Assembly (NCBI RefSeq): GCF_009914755.1
Contig: NC_060927.1
Length of the DNA: 64,000 bases
Source: the human T2T-CHM13v2.0 reference genome, Homo sapiens
Reading direction: 5' to 3' (one strand)
Every line of letters starts with the position of its first letter. Within the stretch, counting starts at the first letter, position 1. The notes under the pieces were generated by a model that was given only the letters and a program-made list of their open reading frames with translations, did not search any database and had not been told where the DNA came from. The translations under genes were made by a program, and so were the position numbers. Positions 16,290 through 28,390 of this stretch are shown here, piece by piece.

Positions 16290-17870
16290 TACACGGGCGC
16301 TGAATAGGAGAGGACGCCTATAAATAATAGATAGATAAATAAATGAGCGATCAGGCGAAGGTAAACAAAGGCGGGCTGAGGGAGGTGTAGGGGGAGTCCG
16401 GGCTGGCTGCGCCACGCTTACTTAGCATTACAAAACCCTTTTACAAATCGAGACAATTAGGAAGTGACTTGCCTCTGGTGGCCGTCCGGTCTGGGGGCCT
16501 GGGCGCTTAGGGAAGGCCCCTCCTCCCGCCCCCTAGGAAGCCCAGGAGGCCTGGGACGGAGACGCCACGGTTTTCCTGTCTGATATAACCCCAACTGACA
16601 GTCCTGTCAGCCGCTCTGATAGCTCCCATAGCTCAGTGTCCCTTAATATCTCCTAAGATGAAGCTTACAGGGCTCTGGGTATCTCCTCGCAGATCCCAGC
16701 GCAGGAGCGCCCTGGGCACACAGAGCCCCCCAGCTGGAGAAAGAACCTGGCGCCCACGACCCCACCTGAAGCAAACCTGAAGGGTTAGGCTGGAAAGGGG
16801 CACGTGGCGAGTGCGAGGGCAAAGTGCGAGGGGCAAAGGCCTCGGACGGTGGCTGAAGCTGGAAAACCGAAACCAGGGTTCCGGGTTGCGCTTGGTCTTA
16901 GGCTCAGATGGGGAATTAGGAAACTAGGGTGCGCTGTAGAAGAGAGGCGCTCAGGGGGCTGCGGCCTCACTCAGAGGTGGCTGAGACCTCTTTCCAGCCT
17001 GCAAAGAGCCGGGGGCCCAGTTCGGGTCCTGAGACCTAAAGTCAAAGACTTGGCTCGGGCGGTTTTTGGCCATCACACTTCGTTTCCTTCCTTCTCAGAC
17101 TGGCCTTCCCCAGCCATCTGCCCTCCTTAGACCTGGTCCCAACCTCTGCCCCCACCCCCATCCCCGCAAGAGCCTGCTTCAGCTTTGCCTCCGTCGCCCC
17201 GAGGGCTGCGGAGCGTCCGCCGAGGTGCGCGGCCGCGACTCGCCCTAACAAACAGCCAAAATCCTTCTCGTCACGCCGCTGACAGGGGCCGATTACTGAC
17301 TTTGAAGTCAGGCGCAGACAAAAAGAAATCCCCTGGGGGGTGTGGGGGGGCAGCAGTCCCTGTCAAACCTGTTTGCTCACAACTGTCTCTTTCTTTCAAG
17401 AAAATCATTAAAGCAAACCTGTAGGGAGAGGAGCGCCCCGCCCGCCCGGAGTGGAGAAGAGCCGCTTCTCCCGAGCGCGCGTCGCGCAGCAAAGAGCAGC
17501 CAAGAGTTGCCCTGGACAGACTCCTGGCATCCGGAGAACCTGAACTCCGGCGCTGCAAGGGGCGCCCGTGGCCCTGCAGGAGGAGGTTCTGCAGATCCCT
17601 CTGCGTTAGGCACGCGTCCGGTAGCCAGGGAGCCCCAGACTTCTCTCGCTTAGCAACCTGGGCCTCCTTCGAGCGGGGTTGGCAGGGAGGGCCCGGACCT
17701 CTCGCCTGAGGCTCCCATTGCTTCCCCGGGACCCTTCTCCCCGCCAAAAGTGACCCAAATACATGCCGCGTTCAGAGCCGTCGCTCCTCTGCTGGGTGTT
17801 CCCTAGGACAGCAGAGACCTGAACAGCATGCTGCTGGGGTGGCAGCCATCTGCGCCGGCGCGGCAGGAGC
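16290..17870. promoter_or_regulatory. Downstream CpG island 1
   Basis: Dense CpG (e.g. CCGAGCGCGCGTCGCGC ~17471), non-repetitive. Confidence 0.75.
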
Positions 17871-18779
17871 AGAGTTGTTTGGGTTTTACCTAGGTTTGCT
17901 TTCTTAAACCTTGGCTGCCATCTGGCTCAGGGGTACACTGGCTACATCTTCAGAGAGATGTGGAATTCTTGACCCCTTTCCGCCTCTGGCCTCCCTCATT
18001 CCGAGAACTCCGTCAGCCTTTCATGCACTTCTCGGTTTTGGATCTGACTCCAAAAATCTTTGATTCCCTTCCAGTTTCCGAGTTTTTCTATTTAAATATT
18101 AATTTCCTTAGGCCCGATGACTTTAAAGACGGAAAAGACCAGCTACTTTGAGTAAATTACGCTGAGGTGTGAGTGACTGACATCTGAGACCCCCTGAACG
18201 TTTGCATTTTGGAACTGGAGCGAGCTAACCTGTAGGAATCTCCGGTGAACCAAAGCGGGATGATGTTTCCGTCTGAGTAGGGCCAAGGTACTTTCAATAC
18301 AGCTCACCATTTAGGGAAGTGTGTCCCGCCGGTCAGCTTCTCTTGAGAGATCCGAGACTGCCAGGGCCCGGAAAACTTGGCGAGCTGTGGTGCCAGCACT
18401 CTTGTTTCCTTCATCTCCTCCCCAGCTCAGGCCTTGTTACCATTGTTCAAGTGGACAGCGAATTTCAAACCATTTGAATTTGAATATCACCTAATTCACA
18501 AGATTTGTGTAAAGAATTCTCATCTATTTGCTGAGTGGATTGTGTGTGAGTGTGAGAGGAAGAGGCACAGGGACAGAAGGGGTCCGTTAGATTTGGAGGC
18601 AGGAGAGCTTCCCGCCTCCACCGAGGTGCGTGCTCTCCTGGCCTCTGTCCTGCCCTGCCCTGCCCTGCCTCCTAGGCTCTAGTGGACCTAGCAGTGGGAG
18701 AGCTACTTGGGCTGGTTTCTTTCCTGACGCTGCAGGGATGGGCATCGGCCTGGAACCAGAAGCGCAGGAGCTGGGCCAC

Positions 18780-20770
18780 GGCAGAGTAATTAAGAAAATA
18801 ATGAAATTGATGGCGGATGGGGGCGCTAGAAATCCTGGGGCGTCTACTTAAAACCAGAGATTCGCGGTCGGCCCCACGGAATCCCGGCTCTGTGTGCGCC
18901 CAGGTTCCGGGGCTTGGGCGTTGCCGGTTCTCACACTAGGAAGGAGCCTGAAGTCAGAAAAGATGGGGCCTCGTTACTCACTTTCTAGCCCAGCCCCTGG
19001 CCCTGGGTCCCGCAGAGCCGTCATCGCAGGCTCCTGCCCAGCCTCTGGGGTCGGGTGAGCAAGGTGTTCTCTTCGGAAGCGGGAAGGGCTGCGGGTCGGG
19101 GACGTCCCTTGGCTGCCACCCCTGATTCTGCATCCTTTTCGCTCGAATCCCTGCGCTAGGCATCCTCCCCGATCCCCCAAAAGCCCAAGCACTGGGTCTG
19201 GGTTGAGGAAGGGAACGGGTGCCCAGGCCGGACAGAGGCTGAAAGGAGGCCTCAAGGTTCCTCTTTGCTACAAAGTGGAGAAGTTGCTCTACTCTGGAGG
19301 GCAGTGGCCTTTTCCAAACTTTTCCACTTAGGTCCGTAAGAAAAGCAATTCATACACGATCAGCGCTTTCGGTGCGAGGATGGAAAGAAACTTCAGAAAA
19401 ACTCTCGCCAGACAACCCGGCAGCACTTGGCCCCGGAACAGAGAGGAGAGAAAGACCTGACCGCCGCACTCAGGGCCACCCGCCGCACTAAGTTTGAGGG
19501 TTCCCTCTGCCTCCAGGCCTCTGTCGCCCGAGCTCAGGCTCTCCTAGGTGCTTCAGGGCCGGGCTGCACTCGAGCCCCGAGGAGGCCCTGCTAGCGCTAG
19601 CGCGGCGGTGATAACCGAGGGAGGTGGGTGAGAGGTGCGGCTGTCGAGGCAAACGCAGAGCACCCGCCCAGTCCTCCAAGGGCCGAGAGCCGGGAGTCCC
19701 GAACGCCGCTTAAGCAGCTCCTTGCTTCCCGCAGCCCGTCCACATCCCTGCGGGATTTCTGGACGCCCCGCCCGGGGACCTAGGGAGGAGGGAGAGAGGA
19801 GGGAGGGAGTGGGCAGCCTGGGCGCACGCCACCGGTCCCCGTACGCCCGGCACCCCCCGTGGCGCGGCGAGTCAATGGGATTTGCACACTCGAGGTGTAA
19901 CAGCATTACTGCATTAATTACCATTTCCATTTCACGTCCAGATTGTTTACTTATCTGCGGGAAACATATGTCGGGAGAAGTTCACATTCCGGATTCTGCT
20001 CCGCTGCCCAAGGTGCAATTCCGGGGAGGCGGCGAGGGGGGAGGGGAGGGCTTCAGATTTTTTATTACACCCTCTAGCCTTATCTGCCGCTGTAAATTAT
20101 GAGGATCCTCCATTGAGCGGCATATGGAGATTATATACTTTTTTGAATATCGTTTCCCAAAGCCTGCAGATTTTCACTTTGAAATGAAACAATCCTCCGC
20201 TGGTTCCCCCGGGGACAGGCGTCTCCTGCGTTCCCCCGCGCGGCCTGGGGGACCCTTCTCGCAGAGCAGGCGCGCACCCCAATGCCGTGGCCGGCGCCCA
20301 GTGGAGACTTCTTTCACAGGGTCTAGAATAATCTTCCGCGGAACACCCATCCATATGCAGTGTTTGAGAACTAAGGCAGCTCCCTTGCTCTGTTTTCCTG
20401 CGCCTAGCCCCCGGACTTTTGTGCCGTTTGCAGCTCTTTTTCATTTCGAATACCCGCATAGACGCGAGCCCACTTCTGCCCTCTTCCTACGCTGGGCGGC
20501 TCCAAACCCGCCGCGAGGGCTGAGGTGTTCACACCTGCCCACGGCAGCCTGCCTCGCCCTCAAGCGCCTCAAAGCTTCCTAAGCGCTTACATTGGTCTTG
20601 GGACAGCCGACTTTGGCTTCTTTGTTTGTTTGAGGGACCGCGGAAGTGGCGGGGAATGTGCCCCCGCTTGAGACCGCTTATTGTGAGCCCTCAACGGAAG
20701 TCCTGCACGGAAGGCAACCGCCTCCCCGCTCGCGGTAAGCAGGATCCACCCGAGTAGCGGGGACCGAATC
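18780..20770. promoter_or_regulatory. Downstream CpG island 2 with embedded AT-rich motif block
   Basis: Dense CpG with an abrupt switch to AT-rich DNA after ~20780. Confidence 0.75.
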
Positions 20771-23700
20771 CCATCTTTCTTATCTCTCGAAGACTCCTTT
20801 CAGGCTGAGATCAGAGAGGGAGGGAAAAAGAAGAGAGAATCATTGTTCTTCTTTTTTTAATTTAATATACCAAGCCACCAGCTCAGGTCATTTATATGCT
20901 TAATTTAGTGATAAAAGTCAATAAGCGGAATCACAGGGTTCTTCCCTCTTTCTATTTCTTTTGACCACATTTTTCTACAGTAATTGGGAAAACCGTAAAA
21001 TATATACACCCGCTTTCCGCCTTCAATGCTTTGTCTGCAATGCGATTATAATAAGTGTATTTTATTAATGTAATTTGTTTGCTTTTTTGAAGGATGCAAG
21101 GGAAAATGTGCCTTTTAGGAGATTTTTTTCCATCTTATCTGGGTTCAGTTTGCAGAATTACACATACTCTGTGTGTACACACTCACCCTCAAAAGCCAAA
21201 CTCAGAAATTTCCTTGAAATGCCCGTTTTTATGATTCAGAAATATCCCGTGGGAAACCTATTGTGATGTTATACCAGGAACAATTAAATGGACCAAAGCA
21301 ATGCAATTAAGGCAGAGAAGAAATAAGATGGAAAATGGGGAGAAATAAACAGATTCTTTTCCATTAAGTATTGTTTTGAGATTTCTAATTTTTTCAGGAC
21401 CTCTAAGAAAATTGTGAGGTGTCACTTCTCTCTTCTGGGTCTATCTGTAATTGAATCTAGGTCACTATTCTAAGGCAAGAAAAGTCTGCTTTCCACTTTC
21501 CTACATCAGGCTGAAATTTGGGGGAGGGACAAGGGTCTTGCAATTTCATTTAAAATGTAATGGTGGATGAACTGATAAGCAAATACGGAAAAAAGAGTCT
21601 GCTTAAAAGAAAAAAAAGGCATGGTTTTAATATGCTACAGATGGGGGGAAAATGATTTACATGAGAGTTTATTTCCTCTTTGCTGATATGAAAGAATTAC
21701 AGATACAAAACCCACTGATCTATAGAATAAAAAAAGAAAAGAAATGTTATTTTCCTGTAAAGGTGTCAGTTCATTTATATTCATTTAACCATCCATCCAT
21801 CAATTCACTTTCTCACTCCTTGCACATTCTCTCTGGCTCTGTTAAACCTTCCCCTACCAATACACTTTGCTAGAATATGCAATGAAGTTTTCTTTTAAAA
21901 AATAGTGTGAGATTGAGATGAAGTAGGTAAAGATAAGTAAAGAGAGAAGGTTTTGTTGTTGTTGTTAAATAATTACCCCCTCATAATTCAGCATTATGAT
22001 TTATGATTTTAGAACAAAATTTTACCCATATTCACATCTCATTACTACTGCAGTTTGAGTACATACAACATGCCAGTGGTTAAGAATATATGCAGAAGAT
22101 ATGCAATTATTTTTTCATAAGATATGCATGCAATACAAAGAAATTTATTAGTTATAAACCTTCCTGTAACTTAAAAAATGTAGTAAAAGATGAGTCAGAT
22201 GTTGGGTCAATAATTCATTGTTTTATTAAAATAGCTGTTTTAATAAGTATGAAGTAGTTCACATTTCCCTAAGGATTTCCTGCTTGCTCAAGGTATGAGC
22301 AACATCAAATCTTTTGTGTTTAAAGTTTTCAGGTCCAAAAAAATGTATAGTAAAATTTGCATATATTAAGAAAGAAATGAGAGGTGCAGTCATTTGAGGA
22401 GCTTCTAAATGCTGGAGAAGATTACATAAGAATACGTTTTACTTTTCCTGAAATAAAAATTGATGACCAGTATGACAGATATTTCCTCCATATTCTCCCA
22501 AATAAAGGGGTAACATAGTGTCATCTCCTCTTTCAATGACACGCAAATGAATGACTGGAAACCTATAGATCTAAGCAAGGACAAGACCAACAACCAGCAT
22601 CTGTTGCTGGTTTTCATAAGTAAGAAAAACAGTACATTGTTTAAGACAGCAATGCATTCCCACAGGATGAATCTTCTCCAGACTGAAGACCGTTTCCTTC
22701 AACCTTTTTTTTTTCTGTCTTATTCCTTTCTCCTCCTCTTGTTTAGTTTTCTTTTTTTTTTTTTTAACCTGTAAATACTATTGATGAATCAGAAATTTTC
22801 TTTCTAGGTCTTCATAAATTATCAGTATAATTCTTTGTCATGCCTGCTTCTTCCTGGTCTCACTTTCTCTCACTGTGGTAATCCATTTTCTTAATCACCT
22901 AATTTTTAATCAACCAAAGTGAGTATGAGGTAAAAGGATTAGCAGTTTGGGCAGAAGTTAAAATGTCTCATGGATGTTTTGACTCAAACTCTATAGACTT
23001 ATTTGTAGCAAGTGCTTATGATATAATTCAGCTGAACGAGAGGGCAGCTTTAAGACATTTTAGAATTGTTTCTTACCATTGTCTTTTACTTCCTGGGCTC
23101 TTCAATGTTTGTCATAATTATACCTAGTTAGAAGGCTTCATTTGCTCTGAGTTATCATTGAGAACTAAATGGAGAAGAAAAGAACTGAAGGCCTGAAGAT
23201 ATGTCATCTGTAGAAAAGGTGAGCTGAACTTTTCTCTGTCTGAACATACTTTGGGTTTACAATGAGACATTTACGTATTTGTATAAATCGGTTATACTCT
23301 GAGCTAATGTGAACACAAACTTGGTATAAATACAGATGACTCCCTCTCTGCTGCTGTGGGAGGTTCAACTGACACCTGGGGCTCAGACCAGTCTTGTTAC
23401 CACATGCTTGGTGAAATTCAAAGTGTGTCACACAACTACAACAGCATTCATGGCCAACCTATTTGGTAGAAAGGATTGAAGTCAGATGGGAGGTCAATTT
23501 GCTGTCTAAATCAAAAAAACTTAGCTCCTTTGCAGATAATTGAAGATGCTGCAACATTGCCCGAAAACATTTTATAATAAACAGGTGAAATAAGTGATAA
23601 TGAAGGTGGGTTTGGATTTTTTATTTTAGAAGGAGAAATTTCATAGAAAATATGAATCCTTGTCTCATGATTAGTGTCTCTCTGCAACAGCCCCATCCTT

Positions 23701-24959
23701 CTGCAGGTGGCCTCTTCTCAAGCTTTCTTGGCAAATCAAGAGCTTCTGCCTTTTGGAGGACATCCTCTTGACCTCCCACCCATATCAGCTCTTAGAGGAC
23801 ATTCCACAGGAACATTGCCTTCTTGTCCTCCAGTATTTTTTATGGAAACAGAAATTAGGTTATCTTCCTTATGCTCTAGATGGACATCTGAAATCATCAA
23901 ACCCTTGAGAGAAACAGCCCTCATTCTTTTATGAGACAACCTGGAAGAAAACAGGTAAATTTCATTTGTGATGAACTGTTGCCAGAAAGAAAATTGCCAT
24001 TATGATTTCATTCTTCTTCACTGGGGAGGGCTCAAGAGTAGGATAAACTCAGAAAGAAAAATAGTTCTTTGGATTGAGGCCAAAAAGGATATTCATTAAT
24101 TTCTGTCTTTTGGTCATCCTCTGAATTTCAACTAGAAGTCAAAATGTATTCCTTTAGTTAGTAAGGGGGAAACCAGTTGAAAAGGCCTTAATTAGTTAAT
24201 GCGTTCGCCAGCCCCTTATGGTTCAAATTCCTTACTTTCCTGAACAGCAAATAATTTCCTACTCCCCAGAAGAATTCAGACCCTCTATGCTAAGATTCCA
24301 CACCTCTGTCAATGAAGCAAGGTAGGAAAGTGATGGCGAAGGGATCAGCATGCCACTGCCAATTAATCATGAAAATTTTAATAATTGGCCTTTAGTTCCC
24401 TACTGATGGTGTCAACTTCATTCATATATTCTTTCCCTTGATAAGAAAGGGCAGCATCAAAAGCTCTGACTGTCTTACTAGGAGAAATCTATGATACTTA
24501 AAGAAAAAAACCTGAAGTGCCATCAGGCCAGCCCTGGAAGTCTGTTGGAACCTGGTAGAGATATTGCCTGGCACAAAAGCTAAAGGCTGAGCACCAAGCC
24601 TCAGACCATTCATTTAATGAAGTCCTGGCTTGGATGCAGAAAAAGAAGTCAGAAAACTTGTATTTTACTTCCCGTGGCATCGACTATGCCTGGATTGGTG
24701 TAAAATAGTCCACTGGATGCGAATGAGTAAGATTTTGATTTCTCTGCAATCAGTGACTAAAAGAAAATCCAACATTGTTAACAGTGTTTAAGTATCATCT
24801 CAACTAATGAATTAAATGAGATTGCTTTTTCTTTCATTAAAATGTGTTTTAGGAATATGCTTTAATTTATTGTATCTCTTTCCAGGACTCTGAAGATTTG
24901 TCTCCATATTCTCTGGAAAGATGTACTCTGTTTGCAATAAGAGGGAGCCACATGGTTTA

Positions 24960-25170
24960 TTAGATGGTTATTAATTGAGCATTCTGTGCAAAGAAGTTTG
25001 TGCCTTAGGTATTTTATCTTGTTAAATTCTCCCCAAAGCATTATTAGGTAGGTACTGCTATTATGCCAATTTCAGATATGAGGAAAGTAAGGCTCAGAGA
25101 CATTAAGTGACTTACCCAAGAGCTCACAGACCTCACATGGAGCTGCTATACCCAAGCTCTCTGTCTTCCC
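24960..25170 (-). mobile_element. MIR
   Basis: TTTCAGATATGAGGAAAGTAAGGCTCAGAGACATTAAGTGACTTACCCAAG. Confidence 0.8.
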
Positions 25171-26689
25171 ACTACTGTCTTTAAAATCAAAGGCTTACTG
25201 GAGGTGGGTAAAGGAAGGAACAAAGAACCCATGGCATTCACAGCTGAGGAAGAGTCCAAGGAAGGGGGGTAAGGGGGAGGAGCTGAAACACCTTCCCTGT
25301 CTCAGTTTGACCTAGAATATTCAGAATCAAAACTGATCAACATCTCCTGTCACTGAACTCTTACTAGTTGGGCCCACACTGCTTCAGCTTTATCATCCCA
25401 AGTCTTACTGGCTGCTTCTGAGTCTTGCAGGCAGAGCTAGGGACCAGGACACCACCAGGGTGATCCCAAATCATCACATATGAGAGGCACATTTACAGAC
25501 ACGGATTTCCTGCAAAGCCTACCAGATGAGCCCCCAGCCCCTTCCAGTCCCATTTCATTATGCTCACTCCAGAGCAGCCTTCTTTACCACACAGCTTAGC
25601 AATTGAAAGTAAATATGTTGGGAAGGAAAGAAAAAATATTCCTGAAAGTCCTATGTCTTGTTCTCCTGCGCTTAATCGGGTTTAGTAAATCTGTTACCCT
25701 GATCATCCCCTTGAATTTCTAAACTAGATTCTTCAAATCTGCCCAATCTCTATGTCTTTGTCTTGAGATAGGAACAATGTTTCTTGCTTGCTCAGACTGC
25801 ATTGAGCTGTTGGGTATCAACCATGGAATACCAAGTGGCTTTTGCATTTCCCTGCTAATAATAGTTTGCATTCGATGCATCTTTCTGGAAGGTTCAAACC
25901 TTGCCATAAATAAAAAGTTACTGATTACAATATTTATGTTTAAGGCAATATTGGGATTTTCCAAAGCCTCTCAGTTGTTTTGGGCTCAACTTTTATAGAG
26001 CTTCTCTGAAACATGCTCGTTTACTCATTCTTCTAGATTTAGAATTCCACCCTCAGTTGGAATACAGATGATCCCTAACAAGTCACATGAAAAAATGAAT
26101 TGTGGAGCCAGAAGAGTGAGTTCTTGGAGAACTAAGGGCCAGAGACCTGTGAGCAAGATTTGATAATTTTATAAAAATTAAAAGACGATTTGAAATGTTA
26201 TTGGTCTTACTAAAACTTTTACTTGTGAACTGCAATTGATGACATGATCACTTGTGCCAATTATAATTTTATACCAAAGGACTGCAGAGCATTGGATGGG
26301 TTTGTTGGGCAGGTTTCTCACAAACGCTGACAGAAAGGCATGACGAAGGATGGGAGGACAAACTGGGGGGGTGCCAAGTAGAAAAACAGAAGCGATGGCT
26401 AAGTGCTCGTCCTGGACTCTGCCCTTTGATAAGGGACTGAAGGTCCCTTATGATCTTCTTTCAAATTCCACCGTCACAGTTTTAGTCACATCCATCTATA
26501 ATATTATTTACTATCAGACTTTTCTTTAAATTGACTCGCTTTTTCACTTTAGCCTTATCCCAAGCAATAATGCATATAAATCATAAGTTTGTTGTAATAG
26601 ATTTTTTGTAATACTAATCAAAATTAAATTTATTCCCCTGTAACAGAGATAATTTCTCAAATTACTTTGGAAAACACCAATTTAAAGTG

Positions 26690-26830
26690 CTCAGTTTACC
26701 ACTTGAGGAAAATGAGAGATCAGAGGAGTAAAGCCAATTTTCCAAGGTCACACAGCCTGACAACTGGAAATCCTGGCCTAGCACCTAAGTCTTTTAGGTA
26801 TTGGCCCAGTACTCTTTCCTTCTATCATCT
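26690..26830 (-). mobile_element. MIR fragment
   Basis: TGAGGAAAATGAGAGATCAGAGG...TTCCAAGGTCACACAGC. Confidence 0.7.
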
Positions 26831-27394
26831 TTCTCAGAGGCAAAGAAAAAAAAAAAACTATCAGGCAATTAGCACTATCTCTTGAGGGTAGAGGGCGTGA
26901 AGATTCACCAGGTTCTCTCATAAAGTTTAAACACTTTCTCGGTGGTGCTAAACCTTATCTTGGTTACTCAGACTGTCTTCAGTCTGTTAATTATATTGCA
27001 TAAAACCTAACACATTTCCATGAAAGGAGCTCTAAGGGAAGAAGGACCTGAATGGGTTTTGAGAGCCAGGGCCTGCCTATCCTTTAAGAAGGTCGTCTGG
27101 GCAGGAGAAAGCAGGAAGGGAAGGGAAAGGCCATTAACCATAAGCAGTCCAATTGTGGGTAAGTCACTAGTGTCAAGGAATGTAGTCTCCTCAGTCAGGC
27201 AGGGTCCAGGTGCTGCATACTGCCCAAACTGCCTGCCTTCCCCTGGATATTTGTTTTATCTTGGAGCATGTCGTGGCCTCAGAGAACTGAATTCTTAATC
27301 TGTGGCCTTTCAAAGTCTATGGTTGTTTCCAACATCACATTGTCTCAGATTTGTTACTCGCAGCACAGATTCGAAATGAGCCTTCAGTAAAAGT

Positions 27395-27403
27395 AAAAAG
27401 AAA

Positions 27404-27473
<70 letters not shown>

Positions 27474-27510
27474 AGAAGAAAGAAAGAGAAAGAAAGAAAG
27501 AAGAAAGAAA

Positions 27511-27574
<64 letters not shown>

Positions 27575-27589
27575 AGAGAAAAAAGAAAG
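27395..27589 (+). repeat. (GAAA)n compound microsatellite
   Basis: Purine-only tract of ~195 bp. Confidence 0.97.
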
Positions 27590-28149
27590 CAAGCCAGCCA
27601 GTGGAAGAGTTTAGCCCCCACAAAAGCAAAAAGCACCCAGCAAATCAAGCATTTTCTTGCAGACTTGTGCTAATTTTGTTTATTTGTTTATTACAAGGTG
27701 CTCTAAACCTCCTGGGGTATTCCACAGCTTTAATGACTATGTGTAACACCACCTAGCTAACACTGCTTTTCCATTCAGTCAACTCAGTCTCACAGCAGTC
27801 CTCACAACTACGTGGTCTCAGGTATTATTTTACAGAGGAGGCTGGAGCTTTGGGAAGTTAAGTGGCTTGCCTACAGTCACAAAGCCAATACGAAGAGGAC
27901 CTGAAACTCAGATCTTTTTTCCCTCCCAGTTTGGGATTCTTGCTATCACCCTATCACACTTCTAGACCTGTATCTCTTGCATCTCTATCGTTCTTTCCTC
28001 AAGTCAACATACATTTCTCCAGAGTCCTAATGTCCTTCATCTTACCTTGGCACAATAAGCAATTCATTGGGACTTTTCCGCTTTGGATTTGTTTTGTCTT
28101 TCTCATTCTTTTGAGGCTGCAGATTAGCATTTTGGCTAATCACTTGGGT

Positions 28150-28390
28150 ATTAAAAGTTAGACCCTCTGGGCCTAAATCCTAGAACTACTCCTTGCTAGC
28201 TATGCCAACATTAGCAAGTTGCTTAACCTCTCTGTGTCTCACTTACCTCATCTGCAAAATGGAAATTGAAATAGTCTTCGTAGGTAATGATAGCCTTGAA
28301 GGCCTTACAGGATTATTTTGAGGATTAAAGGACACAATGGTTGTAAAGTACTTAAGTATCATGCCACGCAATTAATGTTAGATATAATTT
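28150..28390 (+). mobile_element. MIR
   Basis: GCAAGTTGCTTAACCTCTCTGTGTCTCACTTACCTCATCTGCAAAATGG...GAGGATTAAA. Confidence 0.82.

Noticed and set aside
17271-20582. 120-158 aa ORFs in the downstream CpG islands
   Set aside because: Low-complexity Pro/Arg/Gly/Ala composition typical of non-coding GC-rich DNA; no domain or exon structure.
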